This document shows, in pieces, positions 9,586-17,749 of a DNA stretch of 33,010 bases; within the stretch, counting starts at the first letter, position 1; the number at the start of each line of letters is the position of its first letter. The DNA comes from an uncultured Bacilli bacterium (GTDB lineage Bacteria; Bacillota_I; Bacilli_A; RF39; UBA660), in contig CAKORH010000001.1 in the NCBI GenBank assembly GCA_934101235.1, forward strand, positions 1 through 33,010, read 5' to 3'. The notes under the pieces were generated by a model. That model saw nothing but the letters and a program-made list of their open reading frames with translations. It had not been told where the DNA came from and ran no database searches. The translations under genes and the position numbers were made by a program.

Positions 9586-10422
9586 TTACCTCGTTAATCT
9601 ATTATAATTATCTTTCTTTATTTCTAATTTTTTTGTAATATAATCAACATCTATAGGTTTATATTGTTCATTTAAATCTGCAACACTTCTCCTATAATTA
9701 AATGAAGAAACATTTTTTCTATAATATGATGGTATAATTTCAGAAATATAAATAACTATAAAATATAGAAATAAAAGCACAAGATCATCTCCATCTTGTT
9801 TTTTATATGTAACATATTCAAATTCATCTTTATTTTTATTAAATATAATTGTTTTAAAAGATGGCTTATTTGTTAATTCATTATTTATATTATTTTTTGT
9901 TTCAGTTATAGTCGAATCTGGATTTTCTAATAATTGTTTTAAATTATCATTATCATAATCTTTTGTATTAAATAATTCTATTAACTGGTTATATGATTTA
10001 TTACTCATATTATATTCTTTCACAATTCTACTATATGTACCATTATTATTTAGTTTCCATTCAGAGTAGTAATAAATTCTATTTACAGCATTTTTAAATT
10101 TTCCATATTTTTCTTCATATCTTATATTTCCATTACTATCAGTTTCAGTCATAGTATTTTTATATTTTTTAATACTTATATTATCATTCATAAATGGTAG
10201 TCCACATACTGAAAATAATTTACTTGATGCTATTGAAGCAGTTAAAATATATGGAGCTATTTGATGTATTTTTTTAACGCTTATTTTCAAATTTTTTATG
10301 ATTTTATTTTTGCTGTTAACTTTTTCAGGATATTTTTTTGCGTTTTCTAAATATTTTATTTCTTTTTTTAAATTTTTTAACATCTTTTTTTGTTTAATTA
10401 CTTTTAATCTATTTTGTAACAT
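9586..10422 (-). CDS. hypothetical lysine-rich protein with two hydrophobic (TM-like) segments
   Basis: Basic, coiled N-terminus (LQNRLKVIKQKKMLKNLKKEIKYLENAKK). Hydrophobic segments are IAPYILTASIASSKLFSVCGLPF and LVLLFLYFIVIYISEIIPSYY. Start placed at the ATG at 10422 after AAGGGGGA. The track start at 10461 lies inside the predicted -10 box. Confidence 0.6.
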   Translation of the reverse strand: MLQNRLKVIKQKKMLKNLKKEIKYLENAKKYPEKVNSKNKIIKNLKISVKKIHQIAPYILTASIASSKLFSVCGLPFMNDNISIKKYKNTMTETDSNGNIRYEEKYGKFKNAVNRIYYYSEWKLNNNGTYSRIVKEYNMSNKSYNQLIELFNTKDYDNDNLKQLLENPDSTITETKNNINNELTNKPSFKTIIFNKNKDEFEYVTYKKQDGDDLVLLFLYFIVIYISEIIPSYYRKNVSSFNYRRSVADLNEQYKPIDVDYITKKLEIKKDNYNRLTR

Positions 10423-10451
10423 TTTAACTTTATCCCCCTTTAAGACAACAT

Positions 10452-10480
10452 ATATTATCATACTTTTTATATTTCTTCAA
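10452..10480 (-). promoter_or_regulatory. promoter of the two-gene amidoligase cassette
   Basis: Minus strand: TTGAAG-17 nt-TAATAT with an upstream TGn extension (-35 at 10480..10475, TGA at 10460..10458, -10 at 10457..10452). Confidence 0.55.
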
Positions 10481-10552
10481 CTTTTTCTTTTAAATTACTT
10501 AAAAAGGTATATGCAAGTTTATTTAATAATTTTTTATTAATTCATTTAATCA

Positions 10553-10607
10553 TATAAAAATCCAAACTTTTAAGTTTGGATAATATAAAGTTCGAAAGAT
10601 TCGAACT
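10553..10607 (-). terminator. tandem hairpins terminating the tRNA-Trp transcript
   Basis: AGTTCGAA-aga-TTCGAACT at 10589..10607 and TCCAAACTT..AAGTTTGGA at 10561..10580. The second is followed by TTTTTAT on the minus strand. Confidence 0.6.
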
Positions 10608-10617
10608 AAATTACTCA

Positions 10618-10691
10618 TGGCAGGGGTGGAGAGAATCGAACTCCCATCAAAAGTTTTGGAGACTCCTATGCTACCATTATACCACACCCCT
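10618..10691 (-). tRNA. trnW: tRNA-Trp (anticodon CCA), 3' CCA encoded
   Basis: The reverse complement reads AGGGGTG TG GTATAATGGTAGCATA GGAGT CTCCAAA ACTTT TGAT GGGAG TTCGATT CTCTC CACCCCT G CCA. It has a 7-bp acceptor stem, anticodon loop CU-CCA-AA and T-loop TTCGATT. Confidence 0.93.
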
Positions 10692-10775
10692 GTGACTACT
10701 AAATTATATCATAAGTGTAATTTTCTTTCAATAATAATTTGTTATTTTTATTCATATAGTTAATCAGGTGATATT

Positions 10776-11201
10776 ATGTTAGTTAGTTATACAGCGAGAG
10801 AATTAGATTTAGTAGCACGATTAATGAGAGCTGAAGCCATAGGCGAAGGAAATTTAGGGATGCTGATGGTTGGTAATGTTATTGTAAATCGTGCTATAGC
10901 AACTTGTGATGTTTTTAAAAATATACGTACACTTTATGATGTTGTGTATCAAAATCCTGGAGGATTTAGTGGAGTTAATTCATCACTATTCTATTCATCA
11001 AGTACAACTTTGGAAAAAAATTTAGCAAAAAGAGTGATTACTGGAGAATACTACCATCCAGCAACACACTCTTTATGGTTCTATGCACCTGGAACTGGTA
11101 ACAATTGTAAAAGTGACTTTTATGGTCAACCATTAGCAGGTAGATATAAAAATCATTGTTTTTATAAACCAGAAGAAGGTGTATGTAAAGAATTATATTA
11201 A
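10776..11201 (+). CDS. cwlJ: spore cortex-lytic cell-wall hydrolase, CwlJ/SleB catalytic-domain family
   Basis: 141 aa with DL.ARLMRAEA.GEG..GML.VGNV..NR ... LWFY.P ... YK.HCFY, matching the Hydrolase_2 domain. Size and end-to-end layout resemble B. subtilis CwlJ. AGGTGA lies 4 nt before the ATG. Confidence 0.8.
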   Translation: MLVSYTARELDLVARLMRAEAIGEGNLGMLMVGNVIVNRAIATCDVFKNIRTLYDVVYQNPGGFSGVNSSLFYSSSTTLEKNLAKRVITGEYYHPATHSLWFYAPGTGNNCKSDFYGQPLAGRYKNHCFYKPEEGVCKELY

Positions 11202-11738
11202 AAATTCTTCATCTTTAAAATTTTCTGTAATTGTCTTGTAATTTTTATCGTATTCAATAAATTTTTTCTTAACAACTTCTGGATTATCAAAATCTAAACA
11301 TTTATCATATAAATCTTGTAACTCTAGAAGTTCTTTTTTATTTTCAGCAATAGTATCTAACTTCTCATATTCAATATAATCATACTCTAAATACTTCTTA
11401 ATAGAAGACATATCAGGAGTATATCCACTAACAAAATACTTTTTATATATACCTAACCCATAAATTTTTTCATAAGTAGTAGGATATTCTTCATAGCCAT
11501 TAGATTCCATTCTTTCAATATAATACTTAGTAACTAATTTATACTCATCTAAATTAACTTCGTTATTACTTAATATTTCTTTATCAGGATATTTAATCTT
11601 AATAACTATATCATCATCTTTCTTATAATAACTTATAATTAATCTACCATTTAATTCATTAGTTCTATATAACATTTTTTTATTATGATATTCATCATCA
11701 CTAACAAATACATAAAAAGCTTTGTCATCATATAACAT
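11193..11738 (-). CDS. hypothetical acidic Tyr/Lys-rich protein
   Basis: 181-aa ORF with a GGGAAGTGA RBS and no recognisable motif. It is convergent with cwlJ and overlaps it by 9 nt. Confidence 0.5.
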   Translation of the reverse strand: MLYDDKAFYVFVSDDEYHNKKMLYRTNELNGRLIISYYKKDDDIVIKIKYPDKEILSNNEVNLDEYKLVTKYYIERMESNGYEEYPTTYEKIYGLGIYKKYFVSGYTPDMSSIKKYLEYDYIEYEKLDTIAENKKELLELQDLYDKCLDFDNPEVVKKKFIEYDKNYKTITENFKDEEFLI

Positions 11739-11793
11739 ATATAATCACTTCCCTATAATAATTTTAACATCAAAATATAAAAAAGGAAATAGA

Positions 11794-14139
11794 TTAATTA
11801 CTCCATTTCCAATTTTCTACTTCTTCTAAGTCAGTACCAAACATTTTTATATGTGCATTATGTTTAATTAACTCTTTAATACAATAATCAGTAATATCAA
11901 ATTTGTTATATTTATCATCTATAAGTTTCATAACATTTAAACATATATTAAATCTATCTATTTCATTTTTTACTCTCATATCAAATGGAGTAGTTATTGC
12001 TCCTTCTTCTTTGTAACCTATCACTTTAATATTTTTATTATTTCTATCAATAACTAATTCTTTAATTAAATTAGGATATCCATGAAATACAAACAAAATA
12101 GGTTTATCTTTGGTAAATAAATAATCATACTCTATATCACTTAGACATTCACTATATTCTTTATCTAACTTTAATAAATTATTTATATTAACTACCCTAA
12201 CCTTTAAATCAGGTAAATATTTCTTTAAAATTGTTTTACTTGCTAATACTTCAAGAGTTGGAGTATCACCTGCACATGCTAAAACTATGTCAGGATCTTT
12301 ATCACTTGCCCAAGACCATATACTAACACCATTTTTAACATGTTTTTTAGCATCTTCCATACTTAACCATTGTGGTCTTTCATGTTTACTAGCTACTATA
12401 GCATTAACTTTACCATTTTCATTTAATAAACTATTATATGTACAAATTAATGTATTAGCATCACTTGGTAAATAAATACCAATCATATCTTTCTTTTTAG
12501 TAGCTAAATGATTTAAAAAGCCAGGTTCTTGATGAGTATAACCATTATGATCTTGTTGCCATATATGACTTGTTAATATTATATTTAATGATGAAATATT
12601 TTCTCTCCAATATATTTCATTGGAAGCTTTCATCCATTTAAGATGTTGACTTACCATTGAATCTATTATTCTAGAAAATGCTTCATAAGTATGAAATAAT
12701 CCATGTCTACCAGTTAGTATATAACCTTCAAGTAATCCTTCACAGACATTTTCTGATAAAAATGAATCAATTATTCTTCCGTTTTGATTTAAATATTCAT
12801 CTGTATCTATTATATTTGAATTCCACTCTCTATTAGTTATATCAAATACATAATTTAATCTATTTGATAATGCTTCATCTGGTCCAAATATTCTATAGTT
12901 ATCTAAATTATTTTTAATTAAATCTCTAATATATTTACCTAACTCTTTCATATCCATAGATTTAGTATCACCATGATTAATTACTTTAACACCATAATTT
13001 GAAACATCTGGTAAATTCAAATCTTTTTTTAATAGTCCACCATTAGCATGAATATTATTACCCATTCTAAATTCAATGTCAGGTACAAATAATTTATATT
13101 TATCTCTTAATTTACCTGTTTCATCAAATAATTCATCAGGTTTATAACTCTTAAGCCAATTTTCAAGTAAATCTAAGTATTCTGGATGTTTACTATCAAC
13201 TACTACTGGAACTTGATGACTTCTAAATGAATTTTCTATCATTTTTCCTTCTACTTCTTTTGGTCCAGTCCATCCCTTAGGACTTCTTAATATTATTAAA
13301 GGTAATTTATGATGGTAATCATTATTTAATGCTGCTACATGTCTTTCATTTATTTTAGCTACTGCATAATCTAAAACTTCTGCCATTCTTTGATGCATAT
13401 AAGTAGTATCACTACCAGAAACAAATAGTACTTCATAACCCATTCCACTAAACATACTCTCAAGTTCATCATCACTCATACGTCCAAGTATTGTAGGATT
13501 TGCAATTTTATAACCATTTAAATGCAATATAGGTAAAACTACTCCATCTGTTAAAGGATTAATAAATTTATTTAAATGCCAACTAGTTGCAAGACTTCCA
13601 GTTTCTGCTTCACCATCTCCAACTACACATGCTGCAATTAAATCAGGATTATCCAGTATAGCACCATAAGCATGAGCTAAACTATAACCTAATTCTCCAC
13701 CTTCATTTATAGAACCAGGCGTTTCAGGCGCAACATGACTTGATACGCCACCAGGAAATGAAAATCTTTTACATAATGCTTTTATTCCATTTTCATCTTC
13801 TGTTATTTCTGGATAATATTTAGAATATGTTCCTTCCAAATAATTATTGCTTATCATAGCTTGTCCACCATGTCCAGGACCAGATATATATATCATATCT
13901 AAATAAAATTTTTTTATAATTCTATTTAAATGTGCATATATAAAGTTTTGTCCAGGTGCTGTTCCCCAATGCCCTACTAATCTAGGTTTTACATCACTAA
14001 TTTCTAATTTACGTTTTAGTAAAGGATTATCTAATAAATATAATTGAGCACAAGACAAATAATTACTTGCTCTAAAAAAACCATCAATACTTCCTAATTC
14101 TTCAATGCTTAATACATTGCTTATACTCTTTCTATCCAT
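11794..14139 (-). CDS. xfp: xylulose-5-phosphate/fructose-6-phosphate phosphoketolase
   Basis: 781 aa. Has the hallmark motifs GHWGT.PG.NF.Y.H.NR, EGGELGY and GDGE.ETG (ThDP binding). Colinear with XFP family enzymes. Confidence 0.95.
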   Translation of the reverse strand: MDRKSISNVLSIEELGSIDGFFRASNYLSCAQLYLLDNPLLKRKLEISDVKPRLVGHWGTAPGQNFIYAHLNRIIKKFYLDMIYISGPGHGGQAMISNNYLEGTYSKYYPEITEDENGIKALCKRFSFPGGVSSHVAPETPGSINEGGELGYSLAHAYGAILDNPDLIAACVVGDGEAETGSLATSWHLNKFINPLTDGVVLPILHLNGYKIANPTILGRMSDDELESMFSGMGYEVLFVSGSDTTYMHQRMAEVLDYAVAKINERHVAALNNDYHHKLPLIILRSPKGWTGPKEVEGKMIENSFRSHQVPVVVDSKHPEYLDLLENWLKSYKPDELFDETGKLRDKYKLFVPDIEFRMGNNIHANGGLLKKDLNLPDVSNYGVKVINHGDTKSMDMKELGKYIRDLIKNNLDNYRIFGPDEALSNRLNYVFDITNREWNSNIIDTDEYLNQNGRIIDSFLSENVCEGLLEGYILTGRHGLFHTYEAFSRIIDSMVSQHLKWMKASNEIYWRENISSLNIILTSHIWQQDHNGYTHQEPGFLNHLATKKKDMIGIYLPSDANTLICTYNSLLNENGKVNAIVASKHERPQWLSMEDAKKHVKNGVSIWSWASDKDPDIVLACAGDTPTLEVLASKTILKKYLPDLKVRVVNINNLLKLDKEYSECLSDIEYDYLFTKDKPILFVFHGYPNLIKELVIDRNNKNIKVIGYKEEGAITTPFDMRVKNEIDRFNICLNVMKLIDDKYNKFDITDYCIKELIKHNAHIKMFGTDLEEVENWKWSN

Positions 14140-14164
14140 AAATATACCTCTCTATTCTAAAAAT

Positions 14165-14173
14165 ATTATAGCA
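14165..14173 (-). promoter_or_regulatory. extended -10 promoter element upstream of xfp
   Basis: The minus strand reads TGCTATAAT about 25 nt upstream of the xfp ATG. There is no good -35 box. Confidence 0.4.
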
Positions 14174-14249
14174 TTATTTAGAATAAAAAAAAAGAAAAAA
14201 ATAGTATTTTAACTATATGATTTTTCTTTTTAATAATTAACTATTAGTT

Positions 14250-15260
14250 TTATTTTTGAAAAAAATATTCTTGACTCTTTCCATTTAAATCATATGTTGT
14301 AAATTTACCCTTTAAATATAAAGGATATGCAGCACATGCAATCATAGTAGCATTATCAGTACAATATTTTATAGGTGGAATAGATAAATCTACATTTAAT
14401 TTATCACATAATTTATCTAACTCACTTCTTAAATATTTATTAGCACTAACACCACCTGCTACAATAAGTCTTTTAATTCCGGTATTTTTTATAGCCAATT
14501 CTGTTTTTCTTATTAATTCATTTATTGCAATAGTTTGAAAACTACATGCTAAATCTTCTTTTCTTATTTCATTACCTCTTTGAAATTCATTATGTACTAA
14601 ATTAATAACAGCACTCTTAAGTCCACTAAAAGACATATTAAGTTCATTATTATTCATAGGTATAGGCAACTTATAAGTGTCTTGTCCTTTTAATGCATAT
14701 TTTTCTACATTAGGTCCACCAGGGTATTTTAAGCCTAATACTCTAGCAACTTTATCATAACATTCTCCAATTGCATCATCTAATGTAGTGCCTAACACAG
14801 AAAATGTATAAGGATCATCCATACGTACAATTTCAGTATGTCCTCCACTAACAACTAAAGCAAGCGTAGGATATTCTATTTTTTTAACTAAATTATTAGC
14901 AAATATATGTCCCGCTATATGATGTACTTTAATTAATGGTTTATTATAAACAAAAGATAATACTTTAGCAAACTCTATACCAACAAGTAAACTACCTAAT
15001 AAACCAGGAGCATAAGTTACTGCAATAGCATCAACATCCTCTATACTAATATCGCTCTTTTTAATTAAATCTTCTAATGCTAAAGTAATACCTTCAGTAT
15101 GCATACGACTAGCAATTTCAGGTACTACACCCCCATATATAGCATGAGTATCCATTTGTGTTAATACAGTAGTAGCAATATCTACACATCCATTCTTAAC
15201 TATAGATATACTAGTTTCATCACAACTACTTTCTATTCCTAATATATAAACATCTTTCAT
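14250..15260 (-). CDS. tsaD: tRNA N6-adenosine threonylcarbamoyltransferase TsaD
   Basis: ILGIESSCDETS N-terminus, H..GH metal site (HHIAGH) and VAGGVSAN motif. Confidence 0.95.
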   Translation of the reverse strand: MKDVYILGIESSCDETSISIVKNGCVDIATTVLTQMDTHAIYGGVVPEIASRMHTEGITLALEDLIKKSDISIEDVDAIAVTYAPGLLGSLLVGIEFAKVLSFVYNKPLIKVHHIAGHIFANNLVKKIEYPTLALVVSGGHTEIVRMDDPYTFSVLGTTLDDAIGECYDKVARVLGLKYPGGPNVEKYALKGQDTYKLPIPMNNNELNMSFSGLKSAVINLVHNEFQRGNEIRKEDLACSFQTIAINELIRKTELAIKNTGIKRLIVAGGVSANKYLRSELDKLCDKLNVDLSIPPIKYCTDNATMIACAAYPLYLKGKFTTYDLNGKSQEYFFQK

Positions 15261-15667
15261 TTAACCATCTCCATAACATAAGCATCATTATTCAAATAAT
15301 AATTCTTTCTTATATTAATAATTTTAAAATTATATTTATTATATAATTTAATAGCATATATATTATCACATCTAACTTCTAACATTATTCTTTCATAATC
15401 AAATGTATTAATCATATATTCCATTAATTTACTACCTATACTTTTATTTCTATATAATTTATCAACAACTATATATAAAAGATCAATAACTTCATAACAT
15501 TTATTAATTACAATAAATCCAACTAATTTATTATCTAAATAATATCCAAATATATTATCATTACTAATTAATTCACTAATATTATTTAATTTATCAAAAT
15601 CATTATTTATTAATTTACCTAATTCTATTATTCTATCTATATCTACAAGACTACATTTATTTACCAT
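15257..15667 (-). CDS. rimI: GNAT acetyltransferase, RimI-like
   Basis: 136-aa GNAT core (V....R.K.IG..L). It occupies the tsaB-rimI-tsaD operon position and overlaps both neighbours. Confidence 0.75.
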   Translation of the reverse strand: MVNKCSLVDIDRIIELGKLINNDFDKLNNISELISNDNIFGYYLDNKLVGFIVINKCYEVIDLLYIVVDKLYRNKSIGSKLMEYMINTFDYERIMLEVRCDNIYAIKLYNKYNFKIINIRKNYYLNNDAYVMEMVK

Positions 15668-16235
15668 TTAATACTTCTATTCCCTTTATATATATTGGAT
15701 TAACATTATGAGATAAAGTACTATCTACGTTTAATAAATATTTATAAATTTTTTCTAAATCAAATTTATTATCTAATACTAAGTATTTTTCTTTATCTTT
15801 TATATATTCATTAAATTCACTATTTTTTAAGTATATATATTCTATAACTTTATTATTTTGATCAAAGTATCCAACATATTTTCCTTTCATATCAGATATA
15901 GCTATAACTTTTTTATCATTACTATCTAAACTTACAGCATATGCTAACAAACTTGTAATAGTTTTAATAGGTATATTTAATGTATAAGCAAAAGTTTTTG
16001 CAATGGTAACTCCTATTCTAACTCCAGTAAACGAACCAGGTCCATTTACAACTATTATTTCATTTAATTTTTTTACATCTATTTTATTCTTATTTAATAT
16101 ACTTTCTATCATAGGCATGGTATATACACTATGATTTTGAGTAGATTCTTTTATATTTGTATCTAATACTTTACCATCTTTTAGTAATCCAATAGTAATA
16201 ATTTTATCAAAAGTACTAATAAATAATGTATACAT
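15657..16235 (-). CDS. tsaB: tRNA threonylcarbamoyladenosine biosynthesis protein TsaB
   Basis: VVNGPGSFTGVRIGVT.AK motif typical of TsaB/YeaZ, supported by operon context. Confidence 0.85.
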   Translation of the reverse strand: MYTLFISTFDKIITIGLLKDGKVLDTNIKESTQNHSVYTMPMIESILNKNKIDVKKLNEIIVVNGPGSFTGVRIGVTIAKTFAYTLNIPIKTITSLLAYAVSLDSNDKKVIAISDMKGKYVGYFDQNNKVIEYIYLKNSEFNEYIKDKEKYLVLDNKFDLEKIYKYLLNVDSTLSHNVNPIYIKGIEVLNGK

Positions 16236-16255
16236 AATATCACTTCCGTTATCGT

Positions 16256-16264
16256 ATTATATCA
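16256..16264 (-). promoter_or_regulatory. extended -10 promoter element for tsaB-rimI-tsaD
   Basis: The minus strand reads TGATATAAT about 20 nt upstream of the tsaB ATG (RBS GGAAGTGA). Confidence 0.45.
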
Positions 16265-16296
16265 TAAAAAAATAGCAATTACAAAACTTGCTATTT
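16264..16296 (-). terminator. rho-independent terminator at the proximal edge of the decayed element
   Basis: 9-bp stem AAATAGCAA/TTGCTATTT (16270..16278 and 16288..16296), followed by a T7 run on the minus strand. Confidence 0.6.
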
Positions 16297-16312
16297 ATGG
16301 TTATGTTATAAA

Positions 16313-16650
16313 TTAATTTTCTAAAATTTTATATGGATTTGAAATAGTTTCGTCTCCAGTTGTTATTTTCACATTTGCTAAAAGTACTATTGCTGGTCTT
16401 ATTCTAATACCTTCATCATTTTCATTAAACACACTATCTATAGTTAATTCTCCCTCTCTTATCTATATAAAATGCACTGTCGTTTCCAGAAAGAGAACTT
16501 GCTATTATTGATGTGCTATAATCTAATATTGTTAATGTCCAATAATATCCGTGTTATGTTGTTGATGTACTAATTAAAGTTTCAGTTGGTGCTTCATCTA
16601 CTTTGTCTGTATAATATTTGTAACCTGATATAGCTGATGTAGACACTTGT
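16313..16650 (-). pseudogene. C-terminal fragment of a surface-protein-like gene, with an in-frame stop and a frameshift
   Basis: My minus-strand translation gives QVSTSAISGYKYYTDKVDEAPTETLISTSTT*HGYYWTLTILDYSTSIIASSLSGNDSAFYID. After a frame change it continues REGELTIDSVFNENDEGIRIRPAIVLLANVKITTGDETISNPYKILEN*. There is no N-terminal part, because dinD ends at 16665. Confidence 0.45.
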
Positions 16651-16664
16651 TAAATCCAAATTTA

Positions 16665-17498
16665 TTATTTCATTTCTATTTTTTCTTGATAATATTTTTC
16701 TTTTTCTAATTCTTTTAACGATTTTTTAGGTGTTGGTAATTTTTCTGGCATTGTTCCACCATTTTTAGCAATTACCTCTCTAATGTTTTTTCCAATATTA
16801 TAATGTGTTTCGTTGGCATCTTTTTCACTAGATATATTATCTCTTTTTAATTTTGATTCAGTTTGAGTTATACGGAAAAGGTTGGCTGCTAATTCTTCAC
16901 TTCCCATATTATCTAAAATTTCTTCACGATATCTTAAATTTTTTCTTTTAGCAATATCATTAGCAGTTTCACCATTATATAATCCTTTATATCCCGCATT
17001 ATGAAATTTATCAAAATTTTTAACTCCACACTTTTTAGCGACTTGATTTAAAGAATAATTTCCTTTTTTAGTTAAACTTCTTTGATAAAATCTTTTTTCA
17101 TCTTCAGTTAACATAGAATATTCTTTTTCAGTTAGTTCCTGTTTTCTAGTTTGTATTGCAAAATAAGTTTGTCCTAAAGCAACAACTTCTTTTCTAGGAT
17201 CTGAATTTTGTACTATCAAATAACAAGCATATCTTGATAACTTATAATCTACAATACTTCTTGAAGTTTTAGAACCTATATCAACCATTTTACCCACTTG
17301 GGTAAAATGGTCATCAATTATAAATTTACTTTGTTCACAAGCCGTTTTTGCATTTTCTATTACATTTATAAACTTTTGCCACTTTTTATAATCTAAAGCA
17401 ATTTGCAATTCTCTAGCTAACCAATACTCACTACCATATTCATCAATGTGTTTAATATCTTCAAATACTGTTTTATTATATTCTTTAATTTCGTTCAT
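16665..17498 (-). CDS. dinD: DNA-damage-inducible protein D homologue (DinD)
   Basis: 277 aa, colinear with E. coli DinD as I recall it: W.AREL...L.Y, IDDHF, LSRYACYLIVQN.DP, GQTYFAIQTR.QEL, MGSEELAANLFR.TQTE.KLKRD, GGTMPE.LPTP. Strong AGGAGGTAA RBS. Confidence 0.85.
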   Translation of the reverse strand: MNEIKEYNKTVFEDIKHIDEYGSEYWLARELQIALDYKKWQKFINVIENAKTACEQSKFIIDDHFTQVGKMVDIGSKTSRSIVDYKLSRYACYLIVQNSDPRKEVVALGQTYFAIQTRKQELTEKEYSMLTEDEKRFYQRSLTKKGNYSLNQVAKKCGVKNFDKFHNAGYKGLYNGETANDIAKRKNLRYREEILDNMGSEELAANLFRITQTESKLKRDNISSEKDANETHYNIGKNIREVIAKNGGTMPEKLPTPKKSLKELEKEKYYQEKIEMK

Positions 17499-17560
17499 AC
17501 ATTACCTCCTGTTCTTTTGTGTTCATTAGTATAGAAAAAGTCCATATTTATCATTTTATA

Positions 17561-17749
17561 TTATATTCTTATTGTTTTCTTTGAATCTAACATAGATTTT
17601 GTTAATGATAATGTTGATGTCATTGTTTTATTATTCCAATTATATAATAACATATATTTATTTTCTTTAACCCACTTAATAGCAATATTCTTATTTTTTT
17701 CTGGAATATTACCAACCAATACTTTAAAATCTATAAAGATATTGATATT
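17561..17749 (-). pseudogene. fragment resembling the C-terminal half of a DUF4160-type protein
   Basis: The open frame translates to NINIFIDFKVLVGNIPEKNKNIAIKWVKENKYMLLYNWNN.... The G.lP.k....i.W......L...W pattern fits. There is no start codon and no N-terminal half. Confidence 0.25.

Noticed and set aside
10298-10540. 80-aa plus-strand ORF (MILFLLLTFSGYFF...)
   Set aside because: It is antisense to the 5' end, promoter and leader of the minus-strand gene 9586..10422. The peptide is low-complexity (F/L/I-rich), which is typical of shadow ORFs in AT-rich DNA. It has no RBS.
8390-10617. Classical tRNA-integrated genomic island with integrase and attL/attR
   Set aside because: No integrase gene is present, and by eye I found no direct repeat of the tRNA-Trp 3' end near 8390..8585. 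The gattcgaact in the 10589..10607 hairpin shares only about 8 nt with the tRNA T-arm. The islet interpretation rests on context only.
12287-12475. 62-aa plus-strand ORF
   Set aside because: It lies entirely inside the highly conserved phosphoketolase gene on the opposite strand, so it is a shadow ORF.
17499-17560. LexA (Cheo) box upstream of dinD
   Set aside because: The GAACacaaaaGAAC present there is a direct repeat, not the inverted CGAAC-N4-GTTCG, so I cannot support an SOS operator.
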